Shown: positions 23,288 through 37,694, counted from the stretch's first letter. The stretch is 64,000 bases of DNA from Octopus vulgaris (GCA_951406725.2 OX597822.1:93744001-93808000); one strand, 5' to 3'. Numbers and translations are program-made. The notes: generated from the letters alone by a model not told the origin.

Positions 23288-25639
23288 GACTAACAGAGAT
23301 GTACAGGTGTCAATTCATTATGGCTGTGTCATGCATCTCCTTTAACTGATTAATGAAAACACTACCTCATTTGAAAGAAATCATTCTCGTCAGATGACTG
23401 CATAGACTTCTAGTGAAAGACCAGGTCAAGACAACCCGAGATGTAGATGGATGTGGTGGATGAGCAAGATGCCTTATTTACCTCATCTTGCTTTCTGTTC
23501 TCCACAATGTGTCATTGCAGTCATCTTCCCCTCCATTGAACCATAAAGGTACTAACTGCTAAGTTCGCCAGGTCCATAGGATGACAAACCCTTATATGCT
23601 AATTAACCCATAGCTGGGACAGGTGCTACTATTCTATGTCAGAGCAGACTTGAGTATAATAATGGCCAAGAGGTGGTTCTACACTCTTCAAACCCCTGGC
23701 ACTCCTGAAGTCTGACCCTACCAGATGCAATTTCAAGTTATAATCCATAGCATACTGTGTCAAAAACCACATTATCAAATGTGTTATTCATGTGGTTTGA
23801 GGGAGATTAGGCTGCTATTTCTTGCAGATATAGGCAACCAATTGTGCAGTCTCCATGTTTGGTTCATCAACTATGGTTGAGGGGAAAATATGGAAAAACT
23901 AACTAGTAAAATTATTTGTGTAATATTTAAAAAAGCAAACAAACTCTGTGCCGGTGGCACGTAAAAAGCACCATCCAATTCGTGGCCGTTGCCAGCATCA
24001 TCTGGTCTCCATGCCAGTGGCACGTAGAAAGCACCATCCGATTCGTGGCCGTTGCCAGCTTCATCTGGTCTCCGTGCCGGTGGCACATAAAAAGCACCAT
24101 CCGATCGTGGCCGTTTGCCAGCCTCGTCTGGCACCTGTGCTGGTGGCACGTAAAAAGCACCCACTACACTCACGGAGTGGTTGGCGTTAGGAAGGGCATC
24201 CAGCTGTAGAAATACTGCCAGATCAGACTGGGCCTGGTGCAGCCTTCTGGCTTCCCAGACCTCAGTTGAACCGTCTAACCCATGCTAGCATGGAAAGCGG
24301 ACGTTAAACGATGAAGAGGAAATAAAACACATTTGGCTATTGTTTCCAGAGAAAAGTGGTGTGCTTTTGTTGGTTAATTAGCTATTTTGTAACCAGTTTT
24401 GTATTTTTGTTTGTATAGTGGGAGAAGAGGGGTGGGAATTGCCCAAAACCTGCTACTCATGTTTAAAGCACATTACATATATGCTGCATTGATATATTAT
24501 TATTATTGACTGTTTTTTTTTATGCTGCCAAGAGTTGAATGCACACAAACATACACATAAGCACACACATACATATGTATGTATGTGTGTGTCTATGATA
24601 AACACATATATATGACTGTATCTATATGTGTGTTGTATGTATATGAGTATATGAGTTTTTGTGTATGGATATGTGTATGAGTGTGAATGAGTATGCGTGT
24701 GTGAGTATGTTTATGAATATCTGTGTGTGAGTGAGTATGTGTGTGAATATGTGTCTGTATATGTACATGCATTTATATATATATATGTTATATATATCAT
24801 CATTATTTTCAGTCTGCTTCCCACACTGGCACGGGTTGGGTCATTAGAGTTTGAATCATCATCAGCATTTAATGTTCACCATCCCTGCTGGCATAGGTCA
24901 GCCAGTTTGACAGGAGCCAGCCAGGTTGAAGATTACACCAAGCTACTGTGTCTGTTTTGGCATGGTTTTTTACAGCTGGATGCCTTTCCTGACACTGGCC
25001 ACCCCACTGAGTGGACTGAGTGCTTTTATGTGGCACCAGCACAGGCGAGGTCAGTTTTGGCATGGTTTTTACAACTGGAAGCCCTTCCAAATGCCAACCA
25101 TTTCACAGTGTGGACTGGATGCTTTTTATGTGGCACCAGCACTGGCAAGATCACCAAGTAACTTGTAAAACAAAGTATTTTGAGAGGGGTTGATTGGAGG
25201 AGGTGATCTTGTGTCAGATGATGAAAGGTTAGAGTGTGACAGAAAGACAGAGAGGCAGAAACAGGTGTCTTGTTATAGAGGAGATACATAGTTACATGGC
25301 CAGAGAGAGAGGTAACAAGAAAGAGATAAATAGAGGCAATTGCCAGGGCATGCCCTCAAGGTATGGAGGTTATAATATACTTGGCTAGGTTTTGTCAAGA
25401 GACATGGAGGTGAAGATTGTGGAGACTGGCGAGAACTTTGGTACAAAGAGCGGGTGGAGAAAGCAGTGATACAGTGAGCTGGGCAGTGAAGACAAGGATT
25501 CAGAGTGGGGGATAATCATAGTGTATGAAGATGAAATGTGAGGAAGTAAAAATGCAGTTTATGAGAGGAGATGTGATTTAGTTTCTTGGGATAGGGTGTG
25601 TGAAAACTTTATTGCTATGTGTGGGTGGGACACAACACT

Positions 25640-26229
25640 TCTAGCACTCAGTTTTGCTGATGTGGGTGGGTCTTCTCTAGAACCTTATATCACCAGATAT
25701 CTCAGTCCATTATCATTTCCTCCTTGAACCTTAACACCCTGAGATCAGTCTTCACAACTTCATGCCATGTCTTCCTGGGTCTCCCTTTTCCACAGGTACC
25801 ATCCACTTTCAATGACTGGCACTTCTTTATACAGCTGTCTTCATTCATATGCATCATATGTCCAAACCAAGGTAGTTTTCTCTCCTGCACACCACATATA
25901 ATTCCTCTTATGTCCAACTTTTCTCTCAACACAGTTGCACCTTGTTGTTTATGCACACGGATGTTGCACATCCAGCAGAGTATACTACCTTCATTTCTGT
26001 CTAGTCTCTGCATGTCCTCTGCATTCAGAACCTATGTCTCACTACCCGGAGTATAGCCGTTCATACACAAACATCATACAATCTACTTTTCTCTCTGAGA
26101 GAGAGTCCTTTTGTTGCCAAAAGAGGTAGTAGTTCTCTGAACTTCCTCCATCTTATTCTTACTCTAGAAATAATACTTTTGGAGTGTCTTCCACCATTAC
26201 TAATTTGGTCACCTAAGTAGCAGAAACTA
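25640..26229 (-). mobile_element. RTE-clade LINE 3' fragment (continues at 27617-27680 beyond the mariner)
   Basis: FCYLGDQI...W-KFRELLPLL...LPWFGHMMHM...GKGRPRKTW, the typical RTE ORF C-terminus. Confidence 0.85.
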
Positions 26230-27614
26230 TGAGGGTGGGCTGAAAAGTTCATAGGCTGACTAAGAAGGAGTTATCATACAGTAATTAAACCTGGCATGCA
26301 TTAAATTCAACCTTAACTGATGCTAACTGTATTTTTTTCTTTCCACATAAACTCACACTGGATACAGAATTGAGAATTTGGAAAAGTGGTACTTGAGACA
26401 TTTCGTGAAAATGGATAAAATTTGGCACTGTGGTGTTATCAAATATCTGCAGAAAAAGGGGTTAGCCCTCAAGGACATTCATGCTGACATGGTTACTACC
26501 TTAGAGGTTGATGCTCCAGTTTTATTAACAGCGCAAAAGTGGGAAGCTGTATTCAAGAGGGGTAGGGATGTACTGGGTGCATTTTATCATGGCACCAGCA
26601 TTAGAGAGGTTGATTTGTCCTCAACAAAACCAAAGAGTTCACTTATCACAGTGTTATTTGAAAAAAAAAGGAGTGATGACCCAGGGTCCGGATGTTCTGC
26701 CACCCCAAAAAAGCTTTGACCATGTTCACTACATAGTGATGGATGACAAACATTTAAATGTTAATCAGATAGCTAATGCTGTAGGCATCTCCCATGAACG
26801 AGTTAAGAACATTCTGCATAATGAACTTGGCATGTCAAAGGTTTCCTCTTGGTGAGTGCCACGACTTTTGACGCCCAATCAAAAGCACACCTGGCTGGTA
26901 ATATCAGAAGCAAACTTAGCACTTTTTGAAGCAAATCCAGCCAGTTTTCTTGAATGTTTCCTCACCCAAGATGTATGTTGGGTTCACCAGTTTGAGCCAG
27001 AGACCAAATGGCAATCCATGCAGAGGAAACACCTGTCTTCTCCCCAACCAAAGAAGGCCACTGTGGTGTCATTAGCAGGGAAGGTGATGGGCTTCCATCT
27101 TCTGGGATGCAAAGGGCATTTTTTTCATTGTCTACTTTCAGAAAGGCCATACTATCAATGGAGAATACTATGCCAACTTGCTGAGGCAGCTGCGAAAGGC
27201 AATCAAGTCAAAACAGCCTGGAAAACTGACAAAGGGGGTCCTGCTTCACCAGGACAATGTTCTTGCACCCGAGTCTGTAGTTGCAATGGCTGCTGTGCAT
27301 GACTGTGGCTTTGAACTGGTTGATCACCCTCCATATTCTCCTGATTTGCCACCATCTGACTATTTTCTGTTCCCCAACATGACAAAATACTTGGCCGGGA
27401 AGTAGAATCAGACCGATGATGAGGTCATATCTGACATTAAGGACTTTTTTGAGTGTTAGGATGAGCGCTTCTATACCACAAGAATTCAAGTACTGCAACA
27501 CCAATGGAAGAAGTGTATGGACCGCAGGGAAGACTATGTTGAAAAATAAAACACATTTGGTCAAGTTTGATCATTGCATCGTGGTCAGCCTATGAACTTT
27601 TCAGCTCACCCTCA
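26230..27614 (+). mobile_element. full-length degenerate mariner transposon
   Basis: TA TSD. TIR TGAGGGTGGGCTGAAAAGTTCATAGGCTGAC / GTCAGCCTATGAACTTTTCAGCTCACCCTCA. Motifs VPRLL, TQDVCWVH, LHQDN and HPPYSPDLPPSDYFLF, with stops and frameshifts. Confidence 0.93.
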
Positions 27615-28772
27615 TATCTGCTACTTAAAAGTTATTGCTCTCCTAGATAAGTCAGAAAACCACATCTTATTCATCTGTTTCAGTTTGAATTTAATTTCTC
27701 CAGCTGGATGCCCTTCCCAACGCCTACCACTTTACAGAATGTACTGGGTGCATTTTATCATGGCACCAGCATTGATTTGTCCTCAGCAAAACCGAAGAGT
27801 TCACTTATCACAGTGTTATTTGAAAAAAAAAGGAGTAATGACTGTACCCTGTGTAGTTACAGGCTGCACTTTAGCAAGGCATGGCACCTGTTCAGCCACC
27901 CTGCCAGAGATATGGCTAAGTCATGGGACTGCAGCATGGGAGATTGGGTAGAGATAGTGGAAGAGCTCAACAAAGCCCATGGTGCTTCTTATATTGATGC
28001 TGAGCAGAGAAATCTTAGGTCAATGGTCACAATCACCAAGCTCGATGAAGAGAATAACTGCAATGTATCCATAGATGGATTATTGTGTCATCAACTAATA
28101 GAAGATTCATTATGATTCAAGCTTCCAATTCAAATTCATAATAATGGAATTGGATGGTGGCAGAGAGTCATGGGAATTCGCAAAAGCAGCAAAAGGAGTA
28201 AAAATCTCCCCTCAATCACTAACCACTTTCCTGAGTGCGTTTTATCTTGGTGTGTTTTATCGTGGTACCAGTACTAGAAAAGAGGTCATGCCCTCAACAA
28301 AATCTCATAGCTTTGAGAGTTTGATGATGTGAGTGTTTATTTTTAGAATGACATTGTAGGGGAGGTGTGAGAGGCTGGATCTGGCCAGTTTGAAAGTAAA
28401 ACAGGAAGACTATTTAGGTCAGATAATTCTTTCAGCCATTAGACTGTGGCCACGCTGGGGTACTGCTTTGAAGGCTCTAGTCAAACAAATCAACCCAGTT
28501 GTCAAGTGATAGTGGTGGTGGTGATAAACACAAAGGCAAACACAAAAACACACACACACACTCACACTCACACACACACACACACACACACTCACACACA
28601 CACACACATGAACCCCAAACCATGTGATCACAAAGCAAAGTTCTTAACCACGCTGCTATGCTTATGCCTATGAACATGAATGAAATACCAGTTACATGGA
28701 CAATCCCTTCTGTATTTAATGAATGGATTAACATACTAGCAGATTAACAGCTTAACTATTTTTTCTTTACAG

Positions 28773-28838
28773 CCATTCAATGGGAGTATGCAGTATACAG
28801 AGCAACCCTAAGCTACCACATATCCTAGCTACAGGAAG
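28773..28838 (+). CDS. DPH7: DPH7 coding exon
   Basis: Acceptor ttttctttacag, donor AG|GTATGT. Reads HSMGVCSIQSNPKLPHILATGS, a conserved DPH7 motif. Phases 2/2 fit both neighbours. Confidence 0.93.
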
Positions 28839-28859
28839 GTATGTTTCACATGAAGTTCT

Positions 28860-29798
28860 TGTCTTAGTCACTCTCTGTTTCTATGGATGATGCCCAACTT
28901 TGCTGCTTTCCTTCTGCTTATCTCATTGATCAATTTACAGCTTTCTCTGTGCAGTGAACTTGCATCTGCTGCCTTGACTTGATCAATTATGCAGTCTAAT
29001 TCCTCTTCCTCAATGGTGTGTTAGGCATTTTGAAGAGTGGTTTTGGTAGCTTGTAATTCCAGCCTGTGTTCTTTGTTAGGATTCTTCTCTTGGTAGCAGT
29101 TAAATGCTCTTTGCACATTTTACCTGAATGTAATAACTCTTGCAGCGTGGAAGGTGTTTATAAGCCATTTAAGAAAACCGCTTTGAGACCGCGACCTGTT
29201 CAAGTGACGAAAATATTTTGACAAATTAAATTTAAATGTTAAAGTGAATCTAACGGTTTTTGTGTGTTTCTTAAATGGCTTATAAACACCTTCCATTCTG
29301 CAATTGTTTTTGTTCCAGCACACAATTTCAGATCAAGTCACTCGCTATGCAAGTACATCTCCGTAATAACTCTTGGTTCACCTGATATTCTTTTCTTTGA
29401 ACGGTGCTTCTTTGCTGGTAACATTTGTTCTTTCACTTCTCTGTTAGCTGTGATGAAGTGTTCGTATAGGCTGGTTATTGACTCCAAACCATTTTATGGT
29501 GCAACAAATCGGTTCTTTACTGTAACACTGTACATTTGCAGCAGATCCATATCCCTTTTCAAGATGTACCAGTTATATCTCTTTTTTTACTCTTTTACTT
29601 ATTTCAGTCATTTGACTGCAGCCATGCTGGAGCACCACCTTTAGTTGAGCAAATCGACCCCAGGACTTATTCTTTGTAAGCCTAGTACTTATTCTATCGG
29701 TTTCTTTTGCTGAACCGCTAAGTTACGGGAACGTAAACACACCAGCATCGGTTGTCAAGCGATGTTGAGGGGGGCAAACACAGACACACAAACACATG

Positions 29799-29842
<44 letters not shown>

Positions 29843-32090
29843 TATGACAGGCTTCTTTTAGTTTCCGTCTACCAAATCCACTCACAAGGCTTTGGTCGGC
29901 CCGAGGCTATAGTAGAAGACACTTGCCCTAGGTGCCATGCAGTGGGACTGAATCCGGAACCATGGGGTTGGTAAGCAAGCTACTTACTACACAGCCACTC
30001 CTACGCCAATGCTTGCTTTTTTTTTTGTTATGTTGTACGTGTACACCAGCTGAGTTTGATTTGTCTTTTTAAAAGTCTGTGGTCAAAACCAAAACTTGTG
30101 AAGCTGTTGTATGCTTCAACATTTTGAACAGAGTTTTTCCACTTTTGGTTGATCAAGATGTAATCAACTTGTGACTTTATTCTTCCACTCATGTCTGAGA
30201 CATACGTCCATAGCTTGCCCTTTGTCTTTTGGTATCGAGTATTTGTAATAACTGAAATCGAAATCAAATTTGATGACTGACATCCATGCTGGTGGAGAGC
30301 TAAGAGTACCATATGAGTGAGATCGTTGCCAGAGCAACAAGCTGGCCTCTGTGCCAATGGCACGTTAAAAACACCATTTGAGCATGACCGTTACCTGTGT
30401 CACCTTACTAGCACTTGTGCTGGTGGCACATGAAAAAACATTCGAACGAGATCATTGCCAGTGCCACTGGACTGACTCCTGTGCAGGTGGCACATAAAAA
30501 GCACCATTTGAGTATGGCCGTTGCCAGTACCGCCTGACTGGCCCTCGTGCCGGTGGCATGTAAAAGCACCCACTATGCTCTCAGAGTGGTTGGCATTAGG
30601 AAGGGCATCCAGTTGTAGAAACTCAGCCAGATCAGATTGGAGCCTGGTGTAGCCATCTGGTTCGCTGGACTGCAGTCAAATCGTCCAACCCATGCTAGCA
30701 TGGAAAGCGGACGTTAAACAATGATGATGATGATGATGATATTGGTTTTTTTGTGCAAGTTCAAGGAATAAGTGACCTTTGTTTGTATATTCATGAAATA
30801 TGAAAGCACCTTCTTTTATTCCTATGTGTACATTACAATCACTAAGCAAGAGTGTCATGTTGCGAGCTGGCAGAAACGTTAGCACGCCGGCGAAATGCTT
30901 AGCGGTATTTCGTCTGCCGCTACGTTCTGAGTTCAAATTCTGCCATGGTCGACTTTGCCTTTCATCCTTTCGGGGTCGATTAAATAAGTACCAGTTACGC
31001 ACTGGGGTCACTAAATCGACTTAATCCGTTTGTCTGTCCTTGTTTGTCCCCTCTGTGTTTTTAGCCTCTTGTGGGTAGTAAAGAAATAGGTATTTTGTCT
31101 GCCGCTACGTTCTGAGTTCAAATTCCACTGAGGTCGACTTTGCCTTTCATCCTTTCGGGGTCGATTAAATAAGTACCAGTTACGCACTGGTGCCGCTATA
31201 ATCGACTTAATCCGTTTGTCTGTCCTTGTTTGTCCCCTATGTGTTTTTAGCCCCTTGTGGGTAGTAAAAAAATAGGTATTTCGTCTGCCGCTATGTTCTG
31301 AGTTCAAATTCCGCCGAGGTCGACTTTGCCTTTCATCCTTTTGGGGTCGATTAAATAAGTACCTATTTCTTTACTACCCACAAGGGGCTAAACACAGAGA
31401 GGACAAACAAGGACAGACAAACGGATTAAGTCGATTACATCAACCGCAGTGCGTAACTGGTACTTAATTTATCGACCCCGAAAGGATGAAAGGCAAAGTC
31501 GATCTCGGCGGAATTTGAACTCAGAACGTAACAGCAGACGAAATACCGCTAAGCATTTCACCCGGCGTGCTATCATTTCTGCCAGCTCCCCGATTAAATA
31601 AGTACCAGTTACACACTGGGATCGCTATAATCGACTTAATCCGTTTGTCTGTCCTTGTTTGACCCCTCTGTGTTTTTAGCCCCTTGTGGGTAGTAAAGAA
31701 ATAGGTATTGAATGAATTACATCAGCAAGATTGTTGTAGTGTTCTCCTGCATCTCATGAGCCTTCAAGCAGGGCATAATGCACAGTGACTGTTGTAGCTG
31801 TGTTTCCACTAAAGTTTGCAGTCAAGATTCTTTTATTGGCAAGTGTGATGTTGCTGAGTGCTATTTTAGCATTCTTATCAAGGAAGATTCCTACACCACT
31901 GCATGCTGCTCTGCTCTCATTCCTCCATGCTAAAGTTGTGATTAGCTGACATTTTTCCAACTGGGTGTACTCTGTCTCATCTTTGTACACCATTTTGTGT
32001 TCATCTACTGCTAGGATATCCATGTTGTAATTTCTGAGTAATTTTGCAAGTTCTAGTCTTTTATGCTCCAGTCGTCTGCTGTGTCTTTAT
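28860..32090 (-). mobile_element. old LINE remnant (AP endonuclease region) fragmented by younger insertions
   Basis: Pieces DILAVDEHK...GVGIFL...HYA (31754-32023) and SQVDYILINQKW...DHRLL (30030-30250) are APE motifs in collinear order. Confidence 0.7.
30862..31708. mobile_element. rearranged multimer of SINE family A (three tandem units, one inverted unit, one tail)
   Basis: Same AAAGAAATA-GGTATTTCG junctions as 1955-2899. The segment at about 31362-31590 is in the opposite orientation. Confidence 0.85.
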
Positions 32091-33252
32091 TGTACTGATG
32101 TTTAGAGGTCTTTTGGCTTTCCTAGAAAATTGAAAACAAAGGACATTGCTTGTATGACTGATGTCAAGACAATGACACACACACACACACACACACACCT
32201 GCACGCATGACTATATGACAGGCTCCTTTCAGTTTCCGTCTATCAAATTTACTCAAGTCTTTGGTCATCCTGAGGCTATAGTAGAAGACATAACGTCCAA
32301 GGTGCTGTGATGTGGGACTGAACCGAAAACTGTGTGGTTGAGAAGAGACCTTCTTAACTACACAAACTTAAATAGTTGCTTGCCTTGTGAGTTCTCAATT
32401 ATCAAGCAATAATTAGGAACAAATTAACTCATAAAGGAGACATCTGTTTGTATCAATGAATACCATAGAGACCGGTCTCATTGAGGACACTCCCATAGAG
32501 ACTAGCACTACTCAGGCAGTTCTATGCAGTTTAGTCCTATGTAGAGAGCAGTCCCATACTGGGCAGTTCTATGCAGTATAGTATCATAGCTTTACCAAAC
32601 CTCTCCAACTCATGTATGTTCTGTCCACTTAAGCTATATTCCTCAAACTGTTTCAAAATAGCCAAACTATAAAGTATGTTACAGCCATTCTTCATAAAAC
32701 ATGTGATCTGATGATCTGAATGCAAATTTATGTGGGAAAATGAAAAAAACAGATTCCACCTGTATTTTTCTTTTATTTCTATTTTTGACTTTAATTGACG
32801 TCACCTTATGGTAAGGTGTTGCTGTTCAGATGTAGGTCGGACCTGATCTATCTATTGATTCAGATGGAGGGGTCAAAATGAAAGTTTCTCCATCAAAGTT
32901 TTTTTCTAACTCTGGTCCTATTTTCACCTATTTTTATTTATGTGCTCTACAGAATATCTTTACGAGAATGCTTCTAGCTTTCATTTTTATCATTTTTGTC
33001 ATTTTTTTTTTTTTTGGTTTAATCATATTTTGATATATTTCATTTACATTTTATGCCTAGTATTATTTCTATATGAGTGTATGCACAAATGAGAATCTGC
33101 AAGCTGGTATTACTGCTTCCATTGTCTGTGTGAACACACAATCTCCATAGATGAATATATGTGTGTGTGTGTGCTTCTACTTATATGTATGTGTGTGCTT
33201 ACATGAGTGTGTGTATGTATATGTGTGTAAGCTTCTGTGTGCTTCCGCTATC

Positions 33253-33296
<44 letters not shown>

Positions 33297-33507
33297 CTAC
33301 TCTGTGTGTGTGTGCATGAGTGTGTGTATGTATATGTGTGTAAGCTTCTGTGTGCTTCCGCTATCTGTGTTTGTGTGTGTGTGTGAGCTGTGTGAGCTAC
33401 TCTGTGTGTGTGCATGAGTGTGTGCGTGTAAGCTACTCTGTGTGTGTGCATGAGTGTGTGTGTGTTTGTGTGTAAGCTACTCTGTGTGTGTGTGTGTGTA
33501 TGTAAGC

Positions 33508-33540
<33 letters not shown>

Positions 33541-35436
33541 CATGTGCATGTACACGTGAGTGCATGTAATTACTGTTGATGCTTAGTTTCTTCGTGCGGT
33601 CATTGACATCAGTACAGCGTCTCCCTTATTCCTATCAAATACTTCATTCCTTTCTCCCTTATTCCTATTATCACCTCTCTCTTTAATTGCCTCTTTCTTC
33701 TCCTTCTTGACCTAATTCTCTATTTCCCTTTTCAGTTTCTCTCTCTCTCTTAATTGTCTTCTTCCCTCCTCCCCTAATTCCTCCTCCCCTAATTCTTTCT
33801 TCCTCTCTCCCTCCCAACAAGATATCTTCCATAGATATACAAGCTTTTAACTCTACCATTATCGACTTCTAGATTGATGTATAAATTTCTGCTGTGATAA
33901 CAATGTTCTCAATTCTGTACTTTTCTGCAGAATATGTTTATAGATTTTTAACCAACATTTAAATATCTCCTATCTTATGAGTTCTCAATTAGGAAGCAAT
34001 AATTATAAACAAATTAACTCATATGGTACAAACATCTGTTTGTACCATAGTGTAAATACCATAGAGACCAGTCTCATAGAGGGCAGCTTCATAGAGACCG
34101 GTACCATACAGGGTAGTTCTATACAGTTCAGTCCCATAGAAAGCATACCATATAGAGAGGAGTTGCATACTGGGCAGTTCTGTGCTGTAGAGTATCATAG
34201 TTTTGCCAATCTTTTCCAACTCATGTATGTTCTGTCCATTTAAGCAAGCTATATATAAAATATGAATAATGTATATGCAATATTTTCATTGATAGGGATT
34301 GTGGTCTCAACCAGACTATTTCAGTCCTCTACTGGAATTTCATTTACCATTCAGTACCCTCTTTAATTCTACCATAAAGTCCAGGCAGGGTCATTGAAAC
34401 ATACATTTCTTAATGATCCTGGGAGCTATGCTAGGGCCTCCCTGTACTGGACAAGTCAAAGTTAGAGGCCAGACTAATACAGACACCCACTTCATAAAGA
34501 TAAAAATGATTTTACATAGGACCAACTTTGCCTTTCACCCTTTTGTAGTTGATAAAGTGCTAGCAAGTTATGAGGTCAATGTTATTAACTAAATGCTGCA
34601 CCTCAGGACTACTGTCTTCGTGCCTAAATTAGAATCAATTATTAGTGGTGGTAAGGTGGTAGAATCATTAGAACATCTGAAAAAATGCCTTGTGGTATTG
34701 TTTTTGGTTCTTTATATTCTAAGTTCAAATTCTGCTAAAGTCAACATTATCTTTCAGCTGTTCATAATCAGTAAGAGTCAGTCAGGTATAAGGGTTGGTT
34801 ACACTGACGATGATCCGGGTGAAATGCTTAGCAGTATTATGTCTGCCGTTACGTTCTGAGTTCAAATTCCGCCGTGGTCGACTTTGCCTTTCATCCATTC
34901 AGGGTCGATTAAATAAGTACCAGTTATGCACTGGGGTCGATGTAATCGACTTAATCCCTTTGTCTGTCCTTATTTGTCCCCTCTGTGTTTAGCCCCCTGT
35001 GGGCAATAAAGAAATATACACTGACAATGATCCTTCTTCAATATTTGTGGTTTTGTAAGGCAGTGAGCTGGCAGAATCATTAGTATGTCAGGCAAAATGC
35101 TTTAGTGGCATTTTGTCCATCTTTACATTTTGAGTTCAAATTCCATTGAGGTTAACTTTGCCTTTCATCCTTTCAGGGTCAATAAAATAAGTACCAGTTA
35201 AGCAGTGGGGTCGATGTAATTGACCTACACCCCACCCCTAGAATTGCTGGCTTTGTGCCAACATTTGAAAGCAATATTTGTGGTCTTGTATGAATGTCAG
35301 ATATCATTAGTCCTTGTATTGTAATTTAACTGTAGCTTAGGGAGTGTTCATTATTACTCCATGTTTTGTGATTTAATCATAATTGAGGGAGTATTCATTA
35401 ATCTTTCTCACATTTTCTCTCATAATGTATTTCTAG

Positions 35437-35612
35437 CTATGATGAACAATTGATGTTGTGGGATACTCGCAGCATGAAGGTTCCACTTAGATCTAAATCC
35501 CTTGGTGGTGGAATCTGGAGAATTAAATGGCACCCTAGTTCTGGTAATTGTATTGCTACAGCAACAATGTATAATGGTTTCCACATTATTGACTGTGGAT
35601 TTCATACTGCTG
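35437..35612 (+). CDS. DPH7: DPH7 coding exon
   Basis: Acceptor ttctag, donor G|GTAAGA. Reads SYDEQLMLWDTRSMKVPLRSKSLGGGIWRIKWHP...ATMYNGFHII (DPH7 GGGVWRxKWHP motif). Confidence 0.95.
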
Positions 35613-37163
35613 GTAAGATTAATAATTTCATACATCAAATAGTCTATCTATCTATCTATATAGTGACCCCAACTGTTGATAGAAATCCTTGTCTGTCACA
35701 GATTTTGTTCATTATTGAATCTTCCTTTTTCTCTAATGGTTGGGATTCTTTTCTTTAACTCTTAAAGAGTTTGGTACTTGTTGTAAATAGTGTCAGTAGG
35801 CCTGCATAAACCCATGTGACAGCTCTATCTAGGAAAGCCTTCTCCTTATGCAATGCTTCATTTGGAAGATTGGGTCTAGATCTGACTTTGGTGGGATACT
35901 GATCAACTTGGGTTAATCAAAAGAACTTGATAGGGTTGGCTGTTGGTCCTAGCAGCTGTGCCACACATTGACTGATTTTAGTCCAGTGTTCAGGTGTTAG
36001 ATCAGTACATTGTACAACATCATCTTGCTTATTGGTGGCACTATTCAAAATTATTTGGGTTTGCATGTGCAGTCTGTCAAATGTGTCCCTTTTCAGTCAT
36101 TTCTGTAGATTTTGGCTCTTGAGCCACTAACTACTGAAGCTGGTGGTTTTGAGGGGCAACCTGCTTGAGCTGAAGTGAAAGTGAGCTATATTGGCATATA
36201 TGAACAGCACCATTGTTAGTGTAGGACACATTTGAAATGAAGGTGATTGGCACCATACTGAAGTAACCCAGATAAGCAAGTCCATGCTGGCCAATGTTAG
36301 TGTCATCTCTTCTTGGAATTATGATATGATTAAGGTACTTAGAGTCTGATTCAGTCCAGAGTGAATTGAAACTGGGATAAGGTTAAGGGCAAGGTGACCA
36401 ATCTTACCCAGAAATGGTCCAAGAGGAAGCTATCTGTAAAGGGTCAGAAGTGGTGAATGCATATATTACAAACATTGCATATTATCACTTGGCCATCATT
36501 ACTTGCTCCAATTTGCATCTGGCCAAGCTGGAGTGTTTGCCCTTTCATTTTTTATAGAAGGATCATATTCCTCTGGTTAGAAGGTTTATCTGCTTCCCAA
36601 ACCCTTTGCATGGCAGGCTCAGCAAGCTGTGGCTAATGATGTGCCTGCATGCACAGAAGCTGGGACATCTACAGAGATTCCTCTATGTTAAACAGGTGTG
36701 ATTGCCATTCTTGAAGTCTGTTCTCCCACCTATTGTCTCTTTGATCTAGTTAGAGTTGTATGTCAAGTAAAGACCAAGATTGGATGTTTGATATCTGGAA
36801 TGTTGTCAGGTACTCACATTTGTCTATTAGTTACATAATGCAGTTGGTAGAACATCCACACTAGCATTCTATAAGGTTAATGGGCATATGTGAAGTCCAT
36901 ATAAGTAGCCTATTTGAGAGGACTTTTGATTTAGGGACTATAGACAACTGGAAATCCTTGGACTGATGTTCCTACAAGATGAGTAGAAGATATTGTCAGT
37001 CTGGAATAAGCAGTCAAGAGTTGGACATGTCTCTCGGTTGGGCATCTTTGAAATAAGTTGACTTTACCATTCATCCTTTTGGGAGGTCGATAAAATAAGT
37101 ACCAATTGAGCACTGGGATTGATGTAGTCAAATTTCAGGTCTTGTGCCTATTGTAGAAAGGAC

Positions 37164-37204
<41 letters not shown>

Positions 37205-37216
37205 TTATTATTATTA

Positions 37217-37555
37217 TTGTGAAGTCGCATGGCTCAGTGGTTAGAGCATCGAGCTTATGATCGTGAGGTTGTGAGCTCGAATCCTGGATTGGGCTGCATG
37301 TTGTGTTCTTGAGCAAGACACTTTATTTCACGTTGCTCCAGTTCACTCAGCTGTAGAAATGAGTTGTGACGTCACAGGTGCCAAGCTGTATCGGCCCTTG
37401 CCTTTCCCTTGGATAACACTGGTGGCATGGAGAGGGGAAGACAGTATGCATGGGTGACTACTGGTCTTCCATAAACAATCTTACCCGGACTTGTGCCTGG
37501 GAGGGTAACTAAGTGCAATCCCATGGTCAGTGTCATGACCGAAGGGGGTCTCAGA
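37217..37555 (+). mobile_element. tRNA-derived SINE (fourth family); second copy at 50117-50705 carries a nested family A SINE
   Basis: A-box TGGCTCAGTGG, B-box GCTCGAATCC, CTTGAGCAAGACACTT core. The nested insert has TSD GGTATGCATGARCGACT. Confidence 0.82.
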
Positions 37556-37694
37556 CTCAGATTATTATTATTATTACTTTTCCTATTTTTTGATGCTTTA
37601 TTATTTGGTAGAGTGTGTTGTCTTCTTCTCTAGTTCTTTCACCAAGATCCTCTGTCAGCATTTATTCGTAAAAATTAACCTTTCTAAATTATAG

